From Candidatus Brocadia sp. (GTDB lineage Bacteria > Planctomycetota > Brocadiia > Brocadiales > Brocadiaceae), in NCBI GenBank assembly GCA_021463795.1, contig JAJTXE010000003.1:553364-617363 (forward strand): a stretch of 64,000 bases of DNA. The letters run 5' to 3'. The translations under genes and the position numbers were made by a program. Below, piece by piece: positions 10,171-17,685 of this stretch (position 1 is its first letter; each line of letters opens with the position of its first letter). The notes under the pieces are model-generated. The model was not told where the DNA came from, searched no databases, and saw nothing but the letters and a program-made list of their open reading frames with translations.

Positions 10171-10212
10171 GCCATTCTGAGTCCTTCGCTTTTTGTCATT
10201 ATGGGCGAAGTA
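10171..10212. repeat. GTCATT-core palindromic intergenic repeat (copy R1)
   Basis: gccattctgagtCCTTCGCtttttGTCATTatggGCGAAGta. It shares the ttgtcattatg core with the copy at 58017-58027. Confidence 0.4.
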
Positions 10213-10228
10213 AATTCACCCTATCAGA

Positions 10229-11485
10229 CTAGCTTTCCTCTGTCTTGAGAGACACCGAACCTTCTGTCAGCTCCAAACTCCTGATGTGTGGTAATGAAGT
10301 GCCAATAATACCCTCCATGTCACCATACATGCCTGCGGTATTGGTGACGACCCGTTCAATCTGCTTTTCTCTTTTTGCCCACATTTTTACTGTTGCCCTC
10401 TTTTCCTGTTCCAGGTCTTCTTTCATGGATTGAAAAGATTCCACAATCGCCTCAATTCTTTGTCTGAATTCAGAACCGGATAGATAATTGTAGAGCACCT
10501 CCATCTTTTCGCTTTTTCCAACAAGGGATGATTTCAGTTGCGCCAGATCTATCAAGCTCGTTCGTAAGACCGATGCCAGGGCAATTGACAATACGTAACT
10601 GGTAACCCATACCCCTCCTACCTGCGAGAATCTTTCTATTCCCTTGGGCATAGTTTCTGTCACCAGGACGGCAATTTCTGCTTTTACCTCTCTCTGGTCG
10701 TCCTTGAGTTTCGATAACCAGCCGTCATTCCAGGCCTTCGTGTGCTTTGATTCCCAGATAATGGTGCCGCAAAAACGGCCGCCACGGTCATGAACTCGTT
10801 GCACAATGTCTGCCCCTTTAATCCCTTTGGGCACGGGTTCGATCTCGTCAACCAGAAATTGCGATTTCAGGAGAGACTCCAGGTCCAATTCCAACACCTC
10901 TCCCTGGGTTTGCATAGAACCCTGATGTGCCTTGCGTTTGGCCTCATCAAGGGCCTTTTTGGTATCTTCCAGTTGTTTCTCCTTTTCCAGGAGCTTCAGG
11001 CGATTTTCTTCCCCAGCTTCCTTTTTTGCCTTTTCAAAGATTGACTTTCGTTCTTCATCAAGCCTCCTGGTAATCTCGAGTTCCTGATTCTTTCTCAGTT
11101 CTTCTAGCTCGCGTATCTTCCTGCGAAAATCCAGCTCGACCTTTTGCGCCTCTGCAAGTTTTCGTTCTTTTTCACTATTCTGTTCATGAAGGTCTTTTAA
11201 CTCGACCCGAATGGTTTCCTCAACCTCTTTCCTGGCTTCTTGCTTTACCTTTTCTTTTTCGGCCTGTAATTTCTGGGAGACTTGCTGATCGATTGCCTTT
11301 TTTGCATCTTCAATCTTTTTTATTTCATCTGCAAGCGATTTCTCACGTCTGGCAAGTTCTGATTCTCTCTCCCTTGCTTTCAGCTCGAACTCTTTTTGGA
11401 GTTCTTCTTTTATTTGATGGGAGAGCGTTTCGGTTAACGGTATCTCTTTACCGCAATAGGGGCATGTTATGGTTTGATCTTGCAT
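10229..11485 (-). CDS. DUF2130-type protein (Zn-ribbon, long coiled coil, C-terminal nuclease-like globular domain; RmuC-like architecture)
   Basis: The N-terminus ITCPYCGKEIPL is a zinc ribbon. It is followed by a ~200-aa Lys/Glu-rich coiled coil and then a C-terminal domain (...GADIVQRV...GTIIWESKHTKAW...). Family assignment is from memory. Confidence 0.7.
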   Translation of the reverse strand: MQDQTITCPYCGKEIPLTETLSHQIKEELQKEFELKARERESELARREKSLADEIKKIEDAKKAIDQQVSQKLQAEKEKVKQEARKEVEETIRVELKDLHEQNSEKERKLAEAQKVELDFRRKIRELEELRKNQELEITRRLDEERKSIFEKAKKEAGEENRLKLLEKEKQLEDTKKALDEAKRKAHQGSMQTQGEVLELDLESLLKSQFLVDEIEPVPKGIKGADIVQRVHDRGGRFCGTIIWESKHTKAWNDGWLSKLKDDQREVKAEIAVLVTETMPKGIERFSQVGGVWVTSYVLSIALASVLRTSLIDLAQLKSSLVGKSEKMEVLYNYLSGSEFRQRIEAIVESFQSMKEDLEQEKRATVKMWAKREKQIERVVTNTAGMYGDMEGIIGTSLPHIRSLELTEGSVSLKTEES

Positions 11486-12012
11486 ATCGTTATCCCAACC
11501 CGAACAACCGGAAGAGTATTTTTTGATAGGAGATGCTGAATAAACTTGTCATAATGAAGCTCGGGTTTCATTACAATATTTTGCGCTTTGTCATTCAGAA
11601 CTTGTTTCGAAACCCCCTGTATTATAATAGGTTTTCTCCAACTTTCACTCTTTTTCATCTTTTGTTATTCTCAGTATATACTATAATATTATGCCCGAAG
11701 GCAATCCATCATTCCAGCATAAGTAATCAGGTGTGGTATAGGATGAAAAAATTTAACATTAATTTGCCGGAGAGAAGAGGAAAAACTGGCTTTTTTAAGA
11801 TGAGAAACCCGGTATTCAAGCTATGGAGAATACAACTCCCGATCTACCCCCTGTCCTTAAGAAAGACCTTGTTTTTCCAGAGACCATGAATATGTGCGGC
11901 ATGGGACAGTCAGAACGTAGCATTGATATTTCCTGTATAAGGCTTGCATAAGCAAGATTTTCTGCTAAACTACATTATGTCTCGATGGTGATTCGGTTGA
12001 CAGGATTGGAAA

Positions 12013-13293
12013 ATGGACAACGTAATCTCGGTAATCTTGGGTGGCGGACGTGGAACAAGGCTCTATCCTTTAACGAAGGAACGGTCGAAACCCGCCGTGC
12101 CTCTTGCCGGAAAATACCGGCTTATTGACATTCCGATCAGTAATTGTCTCAATTCGGGACTCAATAAAATATATGTACTTACGCAATTTAACTCTGCATC
12201 CCTTCACAGGCATATTACAAGGGCATACAAATTTGACAACTTTTCCCGGGGATTTATTGAAATTCTTGCGGCTACTCAAACCATGGAAAGGATGGATTGG
12301 TACCAGGGCACTGCAGATGCTGTCCGGCAAAATCTTCGGTTTTTTAATCAACCCAATATCGAGCATGTCCTGATCCTTTCCGGTGACCAGCTGTATCGGA
12401 TGGATTATGAGCATCTTATCAGGGAACACATTCAAAACAGAGCGGAAGTAACTATCTCTGCAATTCCCGTAAAAAGAAACGATGCCCACGGTTTGGGAAT
12501 CCTCAAGATCGGTGAACAGGGCTCTATTGCCGGTTTCCATGAGAAGCCAAAAGACGAGAAGATTATCGATTCCCTTTCACTCAGTGCGTCTATTTTCAAT
12601 CGGCAGGGCATTAACGCAAACGGCCGTACCCTTCTTGCATCGATGGGAATTTATCTGTTTAACCTTGAGGTATTGAACGGAATCCTGAAACAAACTCATA
12701 CCTCAGATTTTGGCAAAGATATTATCCCGGAAATCATAAAAACAAGGCGTGTATTCCCGTATTTCTTTGATGGTTATTGGGAGGATATCGGTACCATCAA
12801 GTCATTTTATGAGGCAAACCTGAATCTGGCCTCTCTCTCGCCAAGCTTTACCTTGTACAGCGAAAAGTTGCCAATATACACGAATCCACTTTTTTTGCCC
12901 GGATCGACCATTCGCAACTGCAGGATTACCCAATCCATTATTTCAGATGGTTGCAGGGTCGACAACGCTGAAATCCATAATTCTGTTATAGGAATCCGGA
13001 GCGTTCTTGGGAAAAGCACCTTGATCCAAAACTCAATTATTATGGGCGCAGATTATTACGAGACAGAATCCAATATCCAGGCAAATCGCTTAAAAAAGAT
13101 ACCTGACACCGGCATTGGTAACAACTGCCGTATTGTGAATGCCATCATTGATAAGAATGTGCATATCGGAGAACAGGTTACTATAGAAAACGTAAAGAAG
13201 ACGGAACATCTGGATGCGGACAATTACATGATTCGTGATTCTATCGTAATCATACCCAAAGGCAGTATTTTGCCGTCACACACAACAATATAA
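12013..13293 (+). CDS. glgC: glucose-1-phosphate adenylyltransferase
   Basis: ILGGGRGTRLYPLTKERSKPAVPLAGKYRLIDIPISNCLNSG, plus a C-terminal left-handed beta-helix region. 426 aa. Confidence 0.95.
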   Translation: MDNVISVILGGGRGTRLYPLTKERSKPAVPLAGKYRLIDIPISNCLNSGLNKIYVLTQFNSASLHRHITRAYKFDNFSRGFIEILAATQTMERMDWYQGTADAVRQNLRFFNQPNIEHVLILSGDQLYRMDYEHLIREHIQNRAEVTISAIPVKRNDAHGLGILKIGEQGSIAGFHEKPKDEKIIDSLSLSASIFNRQGINANGRTLLASMGIYLFNLEVLNGILKQTHTSDFGKDIIPEIIKTRRVFPYFFDGYWEDIGTIKSFYEANLNLASLSPSFTLYSEKLPIYTNPLFLPGSTIRNCRITQSIISDGCRVDNAEIHNSVIGIRSVLGKSTLIQNSIIMGADYYETESNIQANRLKKIPDTGIGNNCRIVNAIIDKNVHIGEQVTIENVKKTEHLDADNYMIRDSIVIIPKGSILPSHTTI

Positions 13294-13378
13294 CCACCGC
13301 TTTTTCCCATGGTTATTTCCAAGCAACTCTGAGTTTTTCCCCCATGCAAAATATTCTCAAATTAATAGCAATTCTTAC

Positions 13379-13406
13379 TTGAAAATCTATCCAGGTATTG
13401 TATAAT
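13379..13406 (+). promoter_or_regulatory. sigma70-type promoter
   Basis: TTGAAA (13379-13384), a 16-nt spacer, then TATAAT (13401-13406). It lies upstream of a 56-codon ORF and the DUF2156 gene. Confidence 0.45.
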
Positions 13407-13443
13407 TCTACACAATAATCTTGGATAGGAGAGGTGGTGCGAT

Positions 13444-13614
13444 ATGGAAAATTTTGCAAAAAAAGTCAGACCTTTAAAAGCAACGTTTATGTTTATACCA
13501 ATGAATAACGGTTGGTTCAGGCATCTGCAGGGGATGTCTGCCACTATTCTACAATGGTTTGCACTCGACCTCGAACCTCCGTCGTGCGGGCGAGTCTGGT
13601 GTATACCACATTAG
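13444..13614 (+). CDS. candidate 56-aa small ORF (below the track cutoff)
   Basis: GGAGAGGTGG Shine-Dalgarno sequence ~7 nt before the ATG at 13444. Translation: MENFAKKVRPLKATFMFIPMNNGWFRHLQGMSATILQWFALDLEPPSCGRVWCIPH*. It overlaps the TTG start proposed for the next gene. No recognisable family. Confidence 0.2.
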   Translation: MENFAKKVRPLKATFMFIPMNNGWFRHLQGMSATILQWFALDLEPPSCGRVWCIPH

Positions 13615-14617
13615 GAGAGAAACCATTTTACAACTCATTGAAACGAGTCTCCCGGAAGTAGCAGAACGTAGCATTAGTATCGAGGAAAAATGTAAGCTTT
13701 ATGGTTTAAAACGGTTAAGGATTGAAGATAAAAAGCTTTTTGATAACTATGTAAAAGGAGAGGAGGTAAATTTATGTGATTACTCTTTTGCAAACAATTT
13801 TATCTGGAAAGGTTCAATTGAATTATTATGGAAGCTGATCCATAATAATTTTTGCCTTTTTGGAGTTACTTCCAAAGGCATGTGCATGATGCTCCCCCCA
13901 TTAGGGAAAAATAACATTCAAAATACCCTCCATGAATGTTTTTCTTTAATGCGAGAAATGAATGAGTCCCGCGGTTTCGAATCTTACATCAATTATGTTT
14001 ATGAAGATTTCCTTACCCTTTTTGACAAGGGTTCCTTCCGTATTGCTGAAGGCTATCCCGACTACCTTTACAACACCTCAGACCTCATAAAACTTGCCGG
14101 CGGAAAATACGAAAAGAAGAGAAATGAGATAAACTATTTTAAAAAGCATTACACCGCTTCTTTTGAAAAATTTTACCCCCGCCATATTGCAGACGCACTC
14201 CTGATGATTGACCAATGGAAAAGAGAGAAGATTCAGGAGTCAAATTTGTCAAACCATAATGAAAACCATTACCAGTATAGTCTTGTTCATGAGGCAGAGG
14301 CGGCGAAATGCGCAATCATCTTTTCGGAAGAATTAGGCTTGCATGGGGCAATCATTACCATTGATGGCCGCATTGAGGGTATTACGCTGGGTGAACCAAT
14401 CGCATCCCGTACTGCATCAGTGCTTATCGAAAAAACCAACAACAAGTTTTATGGTATGCCACAATTTATCTATCAGCAATTTTGCTCCAGCCCCTTTTCT
14501 GAAACTGCTTATATCAATGCTGGTGAGGACTGGGGCATTGAAGGCCTGAGAAGGGCAAAGATGTCATACCACCCCTGTGTTTTGGCAAAAAAATTTCTCA
14601 TTTACGAAAAACCTTGA
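13559..14617 (+). CDS. DUF2156 domain protein (lysyl-phosphatidylglycerol synthase C-terminal-like / GNAT-like fold)
   Basis: ...LRIEDKKLFDNYV....CDYSFANNFIWKGS... and ...IEKTNNKFYGMPQFIYQQF... match the DUF2156 pattern. The only canonical in-frame start upstream of the domain is the TTG at 13559, so the start is uncertain. Confidence 0.7.
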   Translation: MHSTSNLRRAGESGVYHIRRETILQLIETSLPEVAERSISIEEKCKLYGLKRLRIEDKKLFDNYVKGEEVNLCDYSFANNFIWKGSIELLWKLIHNNFCLFGVTSKGMCMMLPPLGKNNIQNTLHECFSLMREMNESRGFESYINYVYEDFLTLFDKGSFRIAEGYPDYLYNTSDLIKLAGGKYEKKRNEINYFKKHYTASFEKFYPRHIADALLMIDQWKREKIQESNLSNHNENHYQYSLVHEAEAAKCAIIFSEELGLHGAIITIDGRIEGITLGEPIASRTASVLIEKTNNKFYGMPQFIYQQFCSSPFSETAYINAGEDWGIEGLRRAKMSYHPCVLAKKFLIYEKP

Positions 14618-14664
14618 TTTCCATGCTTTCTTTGACGTAGAATCTGGTTAAAAATCAACACCGA

Positions 14665-14738
14665 GCCCCTATAGCTCAATTGAATAGAGCGTTGGCCTCC
14701 GGAGCCAAAGGTTGCAGGTTTGAATCCTGCTGGGGGCG
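14665..14738 (+). tRNA. tRNA-Arg (CCG)
   Basis: Cloverleaf: GCCCCTA TA GCTC AATTGAATA GAGC G TTGGC CTCCGGA GCCAA AGGTT GCAGG TTTGAAT CCTGC TGGGGGC G. 74 nt, no encoded CCA. Confidence 0.95.
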
Positions 14739-14760
14739 CTTGATTTTATAAGACAACTGT

Positions 14761-15414
14761 TTAAGCGGGAGAGGTGCCGTACTTTCCCACGAGCACCATC
14801 CCTTGTTTGTATTTCGAATCGGCGGCGGGTTGTAAGGAAAAATGATTTTGCAGACGTTGCGTTAATGCCTGAAACTGTTCAAATTGCCCATCCAAAAGCT
14901 CTATTTCTATCTCCCGATATTTTTTTTGACCCCTGTGCCCGCGAAAGGTCACATCATCGAGGGATAACTCCACCTTAAATCCATCATTGCTGGTGATTAT
15001 TCCCGCAGAACGGTTTGTCTCTGCTACTAAAACTTTTCTCAGGGTTTGTCCCCGGAGATCGAGTTCATTCATAATGGCTGGAGGGATCGTTGGCTTTTTC
15101 TCTTCATTCCAGAGCCTTATCTCATCGTGTGAGAGTATCCATTCAAACTCCTTTCGCTCAAAGATGGCTCCGTTTTGCTTGCAGGCCACTTTGTAAGCCC
15201 CCGTATAGCTTCCTCCTCTTTGTCGGATGCGAAAAGCAGAGCCTGAATGAAGAAGGGTGTACTGAGGAGTATCGAGGTAAATATCCGCCTGAAGACAAGG
15301 CTCTTCCTTAAGATAGCGAAACCCCAGGATATCAACAACACCAAGGAGGGCATCAAAATCAAGCGCATCGGCACAAAGAAACTTTGCTTCAATTTCTGTT
15401 TTTTTCTCTATCAT
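14761..15414 (-). CDS. CYTH-domain protein (triphosphate tunnel metalloenzyme / class IV adenylate cyclase-like)
   Basis: The N-terminal EIEAKF (ExExK signature), RIR and later acidic strands fit the CYTH fold. 217 aa. Confidence 0.8.
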   Translation of the reverse strand: MIEKKTEIEAKFLCADALDFDALLGVVDILGFRYLKEEPCLQADIYLDTPQYTLLHSGSAFRIRQRGGSYTGAYKVACKQNGAIFERKEFEWILSHDEIRLWNEEKKPTIPPAIMNELDLRGQTLRKVLVAETNRSAGIITSNDGFKVELSLDDVTFRGHRGQKKYREIEIELLDGQFEQFQALTQRLQNHFSLQPAADSKYKQGMVLVGKYGTSPA

Positions 15415-15421
15415 AGCATAA

Positions 15422-16264
15422 TTACTTTAGGTCTTTTCCGGATAACTCAGCCAGAAGGTCCCGCACCTTCTTCATGTCCTCCCATACCTTAGCCTTGTCG
15501 TTGGGGTTTCTCAGGAGATAGGCGGGGTGGTAGGTAACCATCATGGGGATACCCTTGTAATCGTGGAATCTTCCCCGCAAGGTGCCAACAGGGGACTTTG
15601 TATTAAGCAGTGTTTGGGCGGCAAAGGTGCCCAGGGCACATAAGACCCTGGGTTGGACGATCTCGATCTGCTTCAAAAGATAAGCCACACAGAGGACAAT
15701 TTCTTTGGGTAGGGGACTCCGGTTCTCGGGAGGACGACACTTCAGGACGTTGGCAATATAGACGTCGCTGCGTTTCAGGCCTATGGCTTCAATAATCTTG
15801 GTAAGTAATTGACCAGCACGGCCGACGAAGGGCTCGCCATGAAGGTCTTCATCGCGTCCAGGCGCTTCACCCACAAACATCAGCGACGCCCAAGGATTGC
15901 CAACACCAAAAACAAGATTGGTGCGCTTCTTCCCCAGCGGGCATTTGTGACAGTTCAGCGTTTCGTTCCGCAGCACTTCCAGCATCTGAGACCTTTCTTC
16001 TTTTTCGATCATGGAAGTTTGCTCACCGAGAGGCTTTATTGCGCTCTCCGGCGAACGTTTGTTCGTTTCTTCTTTCGGCATGCGAATTTGCCCGCATCTG
16101 CCAGGGGCCTTTGTGGACTGCTTTTCAGGTGCATGTTGTCCACTCGCCTTGTTCGGCCTGGATAGCGTAATCGTGTCGATTCCAAACTCCTTTTCGATCT
16201 CAACCGCGGTCCTAACAGCCTGAAGTATGGATGCCAATTCCTTTTTTATTTCATTTGCAGACAT
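15422..16264 (-). CDS. uracil-DNA glycosylase, family 4, with a ~100-aa low-complexity N-terminal extension
   Basis: CHKCPL..., GEAPGRDEDLHGEPFVGRAGQLL and HPAYLLRNP motifs. Confidence 0.9.
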   Translation of the reverse strand: MSANEIKKELASILQAVRTAVEIEKEFGIDTITLSRPNKASGQHAPEKQSTKAPGRCGQIRMPKEETNKRSPESAIKPLGEQTSMIEKEERSQMLEVLRNETLNCHKCPLGKKRTNLVFGVGNPWASLMFVGEAPGRDEDLHGEPFVGRAGQLLTKIIEAIGLKRSDVYIANVLKCRPPENRSPLPKEIVLCVAYLLKQIEIVQPRVLCALGTFAAQTLLNTKSPVGTLRGRFHDYKGIPMMVTYHPAYLLRNPNDKAKVWEDMKKVRDLLAELSGKDLK

Positions 16265-16435
16265 GATGCTGGCTCACCGCGAATCCTTACAGAACGCTAT
16301 CAAATAACAAGAAGAACCTTTATCAGCGTCTCAGACAAACACGACACACCGTTCAACTGAGCGTTTAAGGTAAAGCCCATACCACACAAAAAACCCTTTT
16401 CAACAACCGATGTCTTGCGGTGGTCTCTGTTATTT

Positions 16436-17437
16436 TCAATTTGAGATACTACTACTTGATTGTAATAAAGCCTTTTCCAGCTCTTCAAGGATAATTTCCT
16501 GTACTTCAGCAATGTTGCCCTCTATTTCACAACCGGCGGCATATTTGTGGCCGCCACCTCCAAACTTCCTGGCAATGATATTTACATCGAATCCATCTCG
16601 GCTTCTGAGACTTACCTTTACCCAATGGGGTTTTGTCATGTCACGAAATAACACCCCCACGGTTACGCCCTCAAGAGAAACAGGAATGTCAGCAAACTCC
16701 TGCGTATCAATAGCATCAACATTTGTTTTTTCTAACATTTCCTTGGCCATCCAGATCGTGGCAATGCGATTTCCGGCGTGGAGACTGAGTGTGTTGAGCA
16801 CCTGGGCACGCAACTGGATCAGATTAAAACTATTCGTATTGTAAACGTTTTTGGAAATCTCTTCGTGCCGTGCCCCTTGTTCGATAAGAAACGCAGCCGC
16901 CCTGAGGCACTCGGGGGTAGTATTGCTATGGGTAAACCGACCCGTGTCTGTCACAATTGATACGTAGAGCGCTGTAGCAATATCCGCCGTAATATCAACA
17001 TTCATCCCCTTCAGGAGCGTCAGGACGATTTCCCCTGTTGCGCACATATCTTCCGCCACCCAATTGACCGTGCCAAAATATTCATTCGAGATGTGGTGGT
17101 CGATGTTTATTATTACGGCATCCTCAGGAATAATTTCTTGCGTCCTTCCCAGGCGTTCGCGATTAGGGCTGTCAAGGGCAAAAACAACCTCTGCACGATC
17201 CTTTGGAAATTGAGGATAGATATAGACCCCTCCAGAGGGGGTAATGAATTTATACATCTGGGGAGTTGGGGAGTCATTAACAATGCAAACCTTTTTCCCC
17301 ATGCCCGCGAGTGTATGATAAAGAGCTACTTCCGACCCAATTCCGTCTCCATCTGCACGAACATGGGTAGTAACGAGGAAGCTTTGATAGTGTTTTACTA
17401 TGCTATGAATTTCTTCCCTTTGCATCTTTACAACCAT
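16436..17437 (-). CDS. nrnA: DHH-family phosphoesterase, NrnA-like (oligoribonuclease / pAp phosphatase)
   Basis: HVRADGDGIGS, NIDHHISN (DHH) and a C-terminal DHHA1 GGGH motif. The track ORF opens at 17506; I chose the ATG at 17437 (MVVKMQREE...), which is uncertain. Confidence 0.85.
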   Translation of the reverse strand: MVVKMQREEIHSIVKHYQSFLVTTHVRADGDGIGSEVALYHTLAGMGKKVCIVNDSPTPQMYKFITPSGGVYIYPQFPKDRAEVVFALDSPNRERLGRTQEIIPEDAVIINIDHHISNEYFGTVNWVAEDMCATGEIVLTLLKGMNVDITADIATALYVSIVTDTGRFTHSNTTPECLRAAAFLIEQGARHEEISKNVYNTNSFNLIQLRAQVLNTLSLHAGNRIATIWMAKEMLEKTNVDAIDTQEFADIPVSLEGVTVGVLFRDMTKPHWVKVSLRSRDGFDVNIIARKFGGGGHKYAAGCEIEGNIAEVQEIILEELEKALLQSSSSISN

Positions 17438-17685
17438 CTCTTTCACCGTGATACACTCCCCTGACCCGTACGAAACAGCATGCGTTGAGCATAGCCTCTT
17501 TTTCATTAATTTGCCCGGAAAGGGCGATTATAGGGGAAACAGCATCCTTTGTCAAACCTTCTTTTCCCTTGCATTTTATTCTTTGATAAGTTAACATAAA
17601 AATTTGTAATCAAATCGGTTTTTTCTCATAATCTAAATGTATAAAATAATCTCAATATAGCATTGTTTGAAAAGGCGGGGGAGAT

